From an uncultured Actinomycetes bacterium (GTDB lineage Bacteria; Actinomycetota; Acidimicrobiia; IMCC26256; PALSA-610), in contig CAWEUJ010000004.1 of assembly GCA_963812205.1 (NCBI GenBank), forward strand, positions 984,496 through 1,048,495: a DNA stretch of 64,000 bases. Reading direction: 5' to 3'. The first letter of the stretch is position 1; each line of letters begins with the position of its first letter. Made by a program: the position numbers and the translations under genes. The notes beneath the pieces were generated by a model that was given only the letters and a program-made list of their open reading frames with translations, did no database searches and was not told the origin of the DNA. Positions 54,680 through 63,330 of the stretch are shown here, in pieces.

Positions 54680-55870
54680 GTGCTCGAGCCCGGAGGCGAC
54701 CTCGACGAGCTGCGGCAAGGGGTCCGCGACTGGTGCGCCGCGCACGTTCCACAGAAGTGGCGGGACGAGCAGCGCGGTGCCAGCCATGCCGACCTCGTCG
54801 CATTCATGCGGTGGTGGGGCGCGCAATTGCGCGAGGCCGGCCTCCTGACGCCGCACTGGCCGCAGGAGTGGGGTGGTGGGTTCTCGATTTCCGAACAGAT
54901 CGTGATCGCCGAGGAGCTCGCGCGGGGCGACGTACCCCGCAACGGCTTGTATCACGTCGGGATTTTCAACGTGGCGCCGACACTCGTTCACAGCGCGACC
55001 GACGCGCAGCGACGACGCTTTCTTCGCGGTATCCGCGACGGCGAAGTGTGGTGCCAAGGATTCTCGGAACCCAACGCGGGCTCCGATCTCGCGAGCCTCC
55101 AGACTCGCGCCGTGCGCGACGGCGACCGCTACGTGGTGAACGGTCAGAAGGTGTGGACGAGCTGGGCGAAGGAAGCCGACTGGTGCATGCTGCTCGTTCG
55201 CACGGATCCCGAAGCCTCGAAGCACAAGGGCATCAGCTGCCTCATCGTCGACATGCGTTCGCCCGGGATCGAGGTGCGGCCCATTACGCAGGCGTGGGGA
55301 CCGGCCGACTTCAACGAGGTGTTCTTCGACGACGTGGAGGTGCCAGTCGAAGGCCTCCTCGGCGCGGAGAACAACGGCTGGGCAGTCGCGCAGGGCACGC
55401 TCGCCGCGGAGCGGGCAATCGCGATCTTGGAAGCAACCGAGCGACTGCGCTGTAACGGCATCGAGGCCGCAGTCGCAGAAGCAGTCGATTGGCGTCTCGA
55501 AACGGGCCAACCGGCGCTCGAGGACGGCGCAGTGCGGGAGTTCCTCGCCGAGTGCTTGTCCGAGGTGTCCGCGTTGCGACACATGCTCAACGACATGATC
55601 GATGCGATCATCCGCGGCGCCGATGTCGGTGGCACGTCGTCGATCATCAAGGTGTTCTACAGCGAGCTGCTGCTCAAGCTGATGGAGTACATGACCGGCC
55701 TGCAGGGCGTCGCCGGCCAACTCGATGGTCCCGTGCTGGCGTGCGCGGGTTGGGAGACGGGCTTCTGGATGAACGACTACATCCACGCGTTCGGCTGGCT
55801 CATCGGGGGCGGCACGAACGAGATCCAGAGAAATGTGATCGCCGAGCGAATGCTCGGTCTTCCTCGATAG
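54680..55870 (+). CDS. acyl-CoA dehydrogenase (alpha-type, with GGTNEIQRN C-terminal motif)
   Basis: 396 aa. Motifs are WCQGFSEPNAGSD and IGGGTNEIQRNVIAERMLGLP. Confidence 0.85.
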   Translation: MLEPGGDLDELRQGVRDWCAAHVPQKWRDEQRGASHADLVAFMRWWGAQLREAGLLTPHWPQEWGGGFSISEQIVIAEELARGDVPRNGLYHVGIFNVAPTLVHSATDAQRRRFLRGIRDGEVWCQGFSEPNAGSDLASLQTRAVRDGDRYVVNGQKVWTSWAKEADWCMLLVRTDPEASKHKGISCLIVDMRSPGIEVRPITQAWGPADFNEVFFDDVEVPVEGLLGAENNGWAVAQGTLAAERAIAILEATERLRCNGIEAAVAEAVDWRLETGQPALEDGAVREFLAECLSEVSALRHMLNDMIDAIIRGADVGGTSSIIKVFYSELLLKLMEYMTGLQGVAGQLDGPVLACAGWETGFWMNDYIHAFGWLIGGGTNEIQRNVIAERMLGLPR

Positions 55871-55880
55871 GAGCGCGTGA

Positions 55881-57008
55881 ATGAGCCTGACCAGTGCCGA
55901 GCGAGACGAGCTTCGCTCGACCGCGCGCGACCTGCTGGGCCGGGAGAATGTGCGCACCTCCGTGGCCGAGGCGCGCGGGTTCGATCGCGATCTGTGGCGT
56001 CAGATGGTGGAGCTGGGCTGGACCACGATCCATGTGCCCGAAGGGCTCGGCGGCGCGGGGTGCGGGTACGCCGACGTCGCCGTCGTTCTCCACGAGATGG
56101 GCCGCGCCGTGACGTCTTCGCCGTTTCTCGCGAGCGCGGTGCTCGCGACCAGCGCGCTGTTGCTCGCGGCTCCCGACGGTGGGGCCCACGAGCAGCTCGG
56201 CGCGCTCGTCAGAGGCGACGCGATCGGGACCGTCGCGCTCGCGAGCTCTGACGGTTCCTACGAGCTGTCACGGGTGACGACAACCTGGCGGTCGTCGGGC
56301 GCGTCGGTCCGCCTCACGGGCGCATCCGGATTCGTGCTCGATGCCGACCTCGCCGACGTCCTGATCGTGACTGCGCTCGACGGCGACGGAACCGTTGCCC
56401 TCTTCGCGGTCGACGGTCGCGCGCCGGGCGTCCGAATTGAACGAGCCCCGACGGTTGACCAAACCCGACGCCTCTTCAGCGTGACGTTCGACGACGTTGA
56501 GGTCGCGACCGAGCGCATGCTCTGCGACCCGGGTCGACAAACTGAAGAGCTGCTCGACGACGTGCTCTCCATCGGCGCCATCGCGTCGTCGTGCGACGCG
56601 GTCGGCGTCGCGGAGCGGGCACTCGACGGCGCGGCCGAGTATGCCAAGACACGTGTGCAGTTCGGCAAGCCGATCGGATCGTTTCAGGCCGTGAAGCACC
56701 ACTGCGCCAACATGGCCATCGCGGTCGAGGCAAGCCGGGCCGCGGTACGCGGCGCGACGGAGGCACTTGATGGCGACCGCGCGGACTGGGCGCGGAACGC
56801 GGCAGCAACCGCGTCCTACGTGGGGCCTGCGTGCTCCCACGCGTGTTCGCTCGCATTGCTCGTCCACGGCGGCATCGGATTCACATGGGAACACGAGTCG
56901 CACCTCTATCTGAAACGGGCGAAACTCGACGAAGTGTTGTTCGGCACGCCGTCGTGGCATCGTCGCCGCCTCGCCGACGCCGTCTTTCCCGCCTTGGCGG
57001 CGTCGTGA
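55881..57008 (+). CDS. acyl-CoA dehydrogenase-family protein (beta-type, C-terminal GGTxEIxRN motif absent)
   Basis: 375 aa with the ACAD fold (TRVQFGKPIGSFQAVKHHCANM). The C-terminus reads LFGTPSWHRRRLADAVF. Confidence 0.8.
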   Translation: MSLTSAERDELRSTARDLLGRENVRTSVAEARGFDRDLWRQMVELGWTTIHVPEGLGGAGCGYADVAVVLHEMGRAVTSSPFLASAVLATSALLLAAPDGGAHEQLGALVRGDAIGTVALASSDGSYELSRVTTTWRSSGASVRLTGASGFVLDADLADVLIVTALDGDGTVALFAVDGRAPGVRIERAPTVDQTRRLFSVTFDDVEVATERMLCDPGRQTEELLDDVLSIGAIASSCDAVGVAERALDGAAEYAKTRVQFGKPIGSFQAVKHHCANMAIAVEASRAAVRGATEALDGDRADWARNAAATASYVGPACSHACSLALLVHGGIGFTWEHESHLYLKRAKLDEVLFGTPSWHRRRLADAVFPALAAS

Positions 57009-58220
57009 CAAAGCACACGCCGCGCGAGCTGAACGAAGCAACGATGGTCGAGGTCCGTCGCCGCATCGGTATCCCGGTGCGCTACTCGCCTCGCCAGCAC
57101 AACGAGGCGTCGTCGACAGACTCGTTCCGTCACTTCGCGCTCGCGTACGGCGACGACAACCCGCTCTACATCGACCCGGCATACGCGCAGCGGTCGTCGT
57201 GGGGGTCGTCGATCGCGCCGCCGCTGTATCCGTTTACAGCCGGCGTCGCCCGGCCGGTCCAGCTCTCGGACGACGAAAAGGCGCTGATGAAGTCCGGCGA
57301 TCCGCTGGCCGGCATCGGTCAGTACATGTGCGGCGAGCGCTGGTTGTTCCCGAAACCGATCCGTGCCGGCGACGTCTTGTGGCAGACGCAGACGCTGCAC
57401 TCCGCCGATCTGCGGCCGAGTTCGTTCGGCGGCGGGACGGGTGCGCTCGTCTCGCACCGGGTCAGCTGGGAGGACGACCGCGGCGCGCCGTACGCGTTGC
57501 GGTTCCTCGATTTCTGGCACGCGGATCGCGAGAAGTCGAACGCGGCGGGCAAGAACCGCACCATTGAGCGCCCGTACTACACCGCGGACGACCTGGCACG
57601 CATCGACGCGTGCTACGAGGCCGAGGAGGTACGCGGCGCGCAGCCGCGGCTCGCGAGCGAAGTGCAAGTCGACGACCCGCTCGGCCCGATCGCGAAGGGA
57701 CCCACGAGCGTGACCGACATGGTGGCGTGGCACGCTGGTGTCGGCTGGGGAATGTACGGCGGCGGCGCGTCGAAGGTGGCGTACAAGAACCGCAAGCGGA
57801 TTCCGAAGTTCTACACGGCGAACGACCTCGGCTTCTGGGACTCGGCCCAGCGGTGCCACTGGGACGACGCGTGGGCGCAGCGCATGGGCCACCCTGGCGC
57901 TTACGACTACGGCGTCATGCGTTCGAACTGGATGGTTCATCTCGTGACCAACTGGATGGGTGACAACGCGTGGATCTGGAAGATGTCCGCATCCGTCCGC
58001 AAGTTCAACTACCTCGGCGACATGCATTTCATGTCGGGTGTCGTTCGGGAGGTCGACAAGGCGGGGGACACCGTCACGGTGGACGTGTGGGGCAAGAATC
58101 GAGCGCGGCGAAACCACCTGTGACGGGCGCATTGTCGTGATCCTTCCGCCCGCGAGTGGCGGCCACGCCATCATTCCCGAATACGACGATTCGCAGGTTC
58201 CGAAAGCGTCGGCGCCGTGA
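57005..58220 (+). pseudogene. MaoC-like double hot-dog (R)-specific enoyl-CoA hydratase, +1 frameshift near 58089-58102
   Basis: GTGA overlap with the ACAD stop. The body runs to ...DTVTVDVWGKN in one frame. The conserved end (I)ERGETTCDGRIVVILPPASGG...* continues in the +1 frame and stops at 58218-58220, overlapping the next GTG. Confidence 0.7.
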
Positions 58221-60364
58221 GCGATCACGCACGACGGGCCGAGTTCCTCACCGGCGTCAGTGTGCTCGAGCTCGGCGACGGTGTGGCCGGCGCGGCTGCC
58301 GCCAACATCCTCTGGTCACTCGGCGCGAATGTCACGACCGTGATCGACGGCTCAAGTCCGCACCGTCGTGCGCGGCCGCGTGTGCTTCGCGCCGGCGCCG
58401 AGGTGAGCTTGCTCTCCATCGTTCTCGACCGCGGCAAACACTGCGCTCGCACGCTCGACGATGTTGACGTCTCGGCGTACGATGTCGTGCTCTTCGACCG
58501 GGTAATTGGGCCGCGCGGTGCGCTTGCGTCGTTCGCCGATCGCGACGCGTACCTCGAATACGTCGCGCGTCATAACCGGAGCGCCTGGATAACGGTCAGC
58601 GCGTTCGGTCTGACTGGCCCACGTGCAGGCGACGCCGCAACGGAGCTCACCGTCGCCGCGGCCGGCGGCATGCTCTCTGCCGTGCGCGACGAGCGCACGG
58701 GCCAGCCACTCAAGCTCGGCGGTCAGCAGTCGCTCCTCAACACCGGCCAAGCCGCGGCGCTTGCCGCGTGCCACGCGATCGATCTCGCCGCGGGTGATGA
58801 ACCGGTGCACCTTGATCTGTCAGCGGTCGAGGCGACCGTGGCGATGGGTCCGGTGCTCGAGGTCGGTGGCCTGCTCCTGAACACAGGCAGTCTCGGCGGC
58901 GCGAAACGTTATGGCGCGCCGGCTTCCTTCTACGAGTGCACCGACGGACTCATCCGCATCTCGGCAATGGAAGACCACCAGTGGCAAGGGGTGGTCACAG
59001 CCATGGGATCGCCGGAATGGGCGGACAAGTTCGCGACGGTTCAGGCTCGCATTGATGCCACCGACGACGTCGACGAGTACGTCTCCGCCTGGGCCCGCAC
59101 GCGTTCCAAGGGGGATGCAGAGGCGGTTCTGCAGGCGAACGGTGTTCCCGCTACCGCGGTGTACTCGCCGGAGGAAATCCTTGCGTCGCCGCAGCTCGCG
59201 CACCGCGATGCCTTCGAACCGATTGCGATTGGTGACGGGCGCGAAGCGAAGGTCGTCGGCTTGCCGTTTCGCATCGTCGACCGCGGAACGACCGTACGCC
59301 GCCGGGCGCTTTCGGGATTGCGCATGCTGGAAGCGAGTCGGGTTCTCGCAGTTCCGCTCGCGGGCGCCATGCTCGGCGCCTTGGGTGTCGAGGTGACGAA
59401 GCTCGAGGATCTTCCGCGTCTCGACATGTACCGGCGTCGCGGTCCGTACATCGACGGTGAGGCGGGCATGGAGCGGTCGGCGTACTTCGCACTCATGAAC
59501 CACTCCAAGCGGAGCGCGGCGTTCGATATCGACGCCGACCGCTCGCGCCTCGACGCGATGCTCGACGCAACCGACGTGGTGATCGAGAATCTCGGACCCA
59601 AGCGCGCCGGTGCGTTGGAGCTTGGCGCGACGACCGCGTTGGCGCGACACCCCGACCTGCTGGCGGTGACCTCTTCGGGCTTCGGGCTCGATGGTCCGCA
59701 CGCGCGCTACCGCGCCTATGCATACAACCTGCAAGCGTCGTGCGGGCTTGGCTACCTCACGCGTAACCAAGAGGGCGAGAGCGCCGAGATCGACATCGCA
59801 TGGGCCGACCTCATCGCTGCGTACTCCCTTGCGACGATCATCGCCGCCTGGGCCGTCGGGCCGGAGGGCAACGCGGGCGCAGGCGTCGACTTCGCGATGG
59901 CCGACCTCGTTGTGGCTCACTTCAACGACTGTGTCGCGGCAGCCAGCCTCGATCCTGAATCCGACGCCTCGGTCGATCGGGCAAACGAGCTGACGCCCTA
60001 CGCGCCGTGCGGCGTCTATCCGACGCTCGATGGATGGATCGCGATTTCGGTCGATGACGACGAGCATCTTCGGCAGCTCACGAAGGTCTTGGGTGCCGAT
60101 GCGACCTCCGACGCGCAGATCGCGGACGCGACGCGTGGGCGTCACGCATCAGACCTCGCGGGAGAGTTGCGTGAGGTTGGCGTGCTGGCTGAACGCGTGC
60201 TCGACGCCGCCGACCTGCTCGCCAGCGAACAGCTCACCGCGCGCGAGTTCTTCGTGCCGGTCGAGCATGCCGAGTGGGGGCGCCGAGGTCTTGTCGGCCT
60301 GCCCTGGCGGCCTCTCGGCGAAGCACCATTTCCGCTCGGCACACCGCCGCATCTCACGCAATAG
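58217..60364 (+). CDS. double-domain family III (CaiB/BaiF) CoA-transferase
   Basis: 715 aa. Domain 1 is VSVLELGDGVAGAAAANILWSLGANV and domain 2 is LRMLEASRVLAVPLAGAMLGALGVEVTKLE, with ...TPYAPCGVYPTLDGWIAISV. Confidence 0.8.
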   Translation: MSDHARRAEFLTGVSVLELGDGVAGAAAANILWSLGANVTTVIDGSSPHRRARPRVLRAGAEVSLLSIVLDRGKHCARTLDDVDVSAYDVVLFDRVIGPRGALASFADRDAYLEYVARHNRSAWITVSAFGLTGPRAGDAATELTVAAAGGMLSAVRDERTGQPLKLGGQQSLLNTGQAAALAACHAIDLAAGDEPVHLDLSAVEATVAMGPVLEVGGLLLNTGSLGGAKRYGAPASFYECTDGLIRISAMEDHQWQGVVTAMGSPEWADKFATVQARIDATDDVDEYVSAWARTRSKGDAEAVLQANGVPATAVYSPEEILASPQLAHRDAFEPIAIGDGREAKVVGLPFRIVDRGTTVRRRALSGLRMLEASRVLAVPLAGAMLGALGVEVTKLEDLPRLDMYRRRGPYIDGEAGMERSAYFALMNHSKRSAAFDIDADRSRLDAMLDATDVVIENLGPKRAGALELGATTALARHPDLLAVTSSGFGLDGPHARYRAYAYNLQASCGLGYLTRNQEGESAEIDIAWADLIAAYSLATIIAAWAVGPEGNAGAGVDFAMADLVVAHFNDCVAAASLDPESDASVDRANELTPYAPCGVYPTLDGWIAISVDDDEHLRQLTKVLGADATSDAQIADATRGRHASDLAGELREVGVLAERVLDAADLLASEQLTAREFFVPVEHAEWGRRGLVGLPWRPLGEAPFPLGTPPHLTQ

Positions 60365-60376
60365 GAGAGGAAACAG

Positions 60377-61304
60377 ATGGGGACGCTCGAGGGGAAATCC
60401 GTCGTGATTACGGGCGGTGGTCGGGGCCTCGGACGCGCGACTGCGATTGCCGCCGCCGCGGAGGGCGCGCAGGTCGTCGTCGCCGACTACGGCGGCGAGC
60501 TCGATCAGCGCGCAGGGGCGTCGTCCGCCGCGGCTGACGAGGTCGTGTCCGAGATCACCGCCACTGGCGGCCGAGCGATCGCAGCCGCGGAGGATGTGTC
60601 GACGATGGACGGTGGCCGGCGCATCGTGCAGGCCGCGATCGATGCGTTCGGCCGTCTCGACGGAATGGTGTGCTTCGCGGGCATCACCGTCATGAAGTAT
60701 CTCTGGGAACTCGAAGAACACGAGTGGGACGACGTCCTCGCGGTGCACCTCAAGGGCCATTTCAGCTCGCGCGCAAGCTGCCGCGCGCGTGATGATGCCG
60801 CAAGGCGCGGGCAGTCTCGTGTTCATCGGCAGCGGCGCGATGAATGGCACGCCCAACATGCCCAGCTACGCGACCGCGAAGGCGGGCATCCTGGGGCTGA
60901 CATGGAGCACCGCGTACGCGCTGGCCGAATACGGCATCACGACGAACTGTGTCGTTCCCAGTGCGGCGACGCGCATGTCCGACAGCATTTACGGCACCGC
61001 GGAGATGTTGAGTGATCAGGTCGGCGAGACGATTCGCAGCGATCTCGCCGCCGGTACCTACCGAGATCCGGCCAACGTCGCGCCGATCGTGCTCTACCTC
61101 CTGAGCGACGCGGCGCGACGTGTCAACGGCCAGGTGTTCCGCGCCCAGGGGTACGAGGTCGCACACCTCGGAGGTCTCGTGTGGGACAAGGTCATGAAGA
61201 ACGAGGGACCGTGGGACGTTGCCACGATCGAGGCGCGGCTTCCCGAAGAACTTGGTCCCACGCTCACACTTCGGCCGGTCCCGTGGCCGGAGCGGCCGCG
61301 ATGA
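60377..61304 (+). pseudogene. SDR of the MFE-2/Hsd4A type, +1 frameshift near 60754-60763
   Basis: The N-terminus is VVITGGGRGLGRATAIAAAAEGAQVVVADYGG to ...AVHLKGH. It then continues in the +1 frame as SARAQAAARVMMPQGAGSLVFIGSGAMNG...YATAKAG to stop 61302-61304. Confidence 0.75.
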
Positions 61305-61314
61305 GCTACCTTTT

Positions 61315-61332
61315 GTGACAGTGGACTGTCGG
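61315..61332. promoter_or_regulatory. cluster operator motif, copy 9: GTGACA GTGGAC TGTCGG
   Basis: It lies 8 nt upstream of ATG 61340. The right half-site has one mismatch. Confidence 0.6.
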
Positions 61333-61339
61333 TTTTGCA

Positions 61340-62119
61340 ATGGGTGACGAGCTGAGAGTCGAGCGGCGCGGACCGGTGCTGGTCGCGACGATCGACCGTC
61401 CGGAGCGCATGAACTCGCTGAGCCCGGACATACACGAAGACTTCCTTGCGACGTGGACGTCGCTGCGGTCCGACCCTTCGGTGCGCGCCATCGTGATCAC
61501 CGGCGCGGGCGAGCGCGCATTCTGCACGGGCATGGATGTCAAGGCAGCGGCCGAGCGCGGCAGCCTGCGGCCGGTGAAGGATGACGTGCACGAGGAACTG
61601 CGCCTCACGCCGCTGCACTGCGATGTCTGGCTCCCGACGATCGTTGCCGTGAACGGCGTCTGCACCGGAGCCGGCTTGCACTTCATCGCCGACGCGGACG
61701 TGGTGGTGGCCTCGTCGTCGGCGACCTTCCTCGACACGCATGTGAGCGTCGGGCAGGTGACGGCCATCGAGCCGATCACGTTGCTCCCACGGATCGGACT
61801 GGGCAACGCGCTCCGGCTCGCGGTGCTCGGCCGCCACTTGCGCATCAACGCGCAGGAAGCGTTGCGGATATCCCTCATCGACGAAGTTGTCGAACCCGAG
61901 GTGCTGCTCGAGCGCGCCGTCACGCTCGCCGAACAGGCCGCATCGGGATCGCCGGCCGCCATCGAGGCGTCGAAGCGAGCGATACGCAGTGCGCTCGAGC
62001 GGCCGATGTCCGACGCCATGCAGTACGGCTGGGAGCTGTTGCTCGCACAGCGCGAGCACCCCGACAGCATCGAGGGCCCGAGGGCGTTCGCAGAGAAGCG
62101 GGTACCGAAGTGGCAGTGA
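61340..62119 (+). CDS. enoyl-CoA hydratase/isomerase family protein
   Basis: Motifs are ATIDRPERMNS, TGAGERAFCTGMD and VNGVCTGAGLHF. Confidence 0.85.
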   Translation: MGDELRVERRGPVLVATIDRPERMNSLSPDIHEDFLATWTSLRSDPSVRAIVITGAGERAFCTGMDVKAAAERGSLRPVKDDVHEELRLTPLHCDVWLPTIVAVNGVCTGAGLHFIADADVVVASSSATFLDTHVSVGQVTAIEPITLLPRIGLGNALRLAVLGRHLRINAQEALRISLIDEVVEPEVLLERAVTLAEQAASGSPAAIEASKRAIRSALERPMSDAMQYGWELLLAQREHPDSIEGPRAFAEKRVPKWQ

Positions 62120-63330
62120 CCGAAGTCGACGCGGTCATCACCGAAGTCGATCAGTTCTTGCGCGAGCTGCTGCCCACCGCGTGGGTGAGAGCAGTCGACG
62201 ACGACGACTTCGCAAAGCTGGGTGTGGTGCGCCGAGAAGGAAATCCGGACGAGCTGTGGCGGCAGATCGGCGCCGCCGGGTACATCGCACCGACGTGGCC
62301 CGAGAAGTACGGCGGTCTCGGCGTCACGCCGAAGGTGGGCGCCGCGATTGCGCGCGCGCTCGGCCGGTATCGCATTCCGGGTTTCAGCAATACGGTTGGC
62401 GTCGACCTCGCCGGTCCGGCCATCTTGCGCTGGGGGAGCGACGAGCAGAAGGAGCGGTTCGTGCGCGCCATCGCGCGCTACGACGACATCTGGTGCCAGC
62501 TGTTCTCCGAGCCGGGCGCGGGTTCCGACCTCGCGACCCTGGCGACAAGAGCGGAGCGCGACGGCGACTCGTGGACCCTTCGCGGCCAGAAAGTCTGGAC
62601 GAGCTTGGGAGATGTGTCGCGGTACGGCCTGCTGCTGGCGCGCACGGATCCCGATGTGCCGAAGCACAAAGGGATCACCGCGTTTCTCGTGCCGATGGTG
62701 CATCCCGGCGTCACGGTGCGGCCGCTTCGGCAGATCACCGGCGACGCGGAGTTCTGCGAAGTCTTTTTCGACGACGCGCGCATCGACGACTCGATGCGGT
62801 TGGGCGCCGTGAACGAGGGCTGGCGGGTCGCCATCTCCGTGCTGATGAACGAGCGGCAGTCCGTGAGCGGCGGCGATGCCGCGCTGCCCGGCACCGTCAC
62901 GGGCCGATCCGTTGCCGGCCTCATCCAGCGGCACGCGCCGGTCACCGACCCAGTGCTGCGACAACGCCTCGCGCAGGCCTATATCGAGGACCGGCTCGTG
63001 ACGATGACGAAGCAGCGGGCTGCTGCCCGCCGCCGCGCCGGGCAGCAGCCGGGACCGGAAGCCTCGGTCACGAAGCTGTTCTTCAGCGAGCACACGCAGC
63101 GCCTGCAGAACCTCGCGGTCGACCTGGAAGGTGTGGCCGCACAGGCCTGGTCCGAGCACGATCGCTGGATGCAGAACACCGCGTGGTCCTTCCTTCGCGT
63201 GCGTTCGAAGACAATCGCGGGCGGGACGTCGGAGGTGCAGCGCAACATCCTCGGTGAACGCGTGCTGGGGCTGCCGAGAGAGCCGGAGCTCGATCGATCC
63301 ATACCGTGGTCCAAGGTTCCGCGTTCGTGA
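62110..63330 (+). CDS. acyl-CoA dehydrogenase
   Basis: 406 aa. Motifs are WCQLFSEPGAGSD and IAGGTSEVQRNILGERVLGLP. It overlaps the upstream stop. Confidence 0.85.
   Translation: MAVTEVDAVITEVDQFLRELLPTAWVRAVDDDDFAKLGVVRREGNPDELWRQIGAAGYIAPTWPEKYGGLGVTPKVGAAIARALGRYRIPGFSNTVGVDLAGPAILRWGSDEQKERFVRAIARYDDIWCQLFSEPGAGSDLATLATRAERDGDSWTLRGQKVWTSLGDVSRYGLLLARTDPDVPKHKGITAFLVPMVHPGVTVRPLRQITGDAEFCEVFFDDARIDDSMRLGAVNEGWRVAISVLMNERQSVSGGDAALPGTVTGRSVAGLIQRHAPVTDPVLRQRLAQAYIEDRLVTMTKQRAAARRRAGQQPGPEASVTKLFFSEHTQRLQNLAVDLEGVAAQAWSEHDRWMQNTAWSFLRVRSKTIAGGTSEVQRNILGERVLGLPREPELDRSIPWSKVPRS

Noticed and set aside
22029-61332. The recurring sTGACA half-site as a plain -35 promoter hexamer (TTGACA-like) rather than an operator.
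   Set aside because: No TAnnnT -10 element lies 16-19 nt downstream of the left half-site in the copies I checked (22029, 24772, 29952). The element is dyad-symmetric with a fixed 6-nt spacer. Where -10-like hexamers are visible, they lie immediately upstream of the site.
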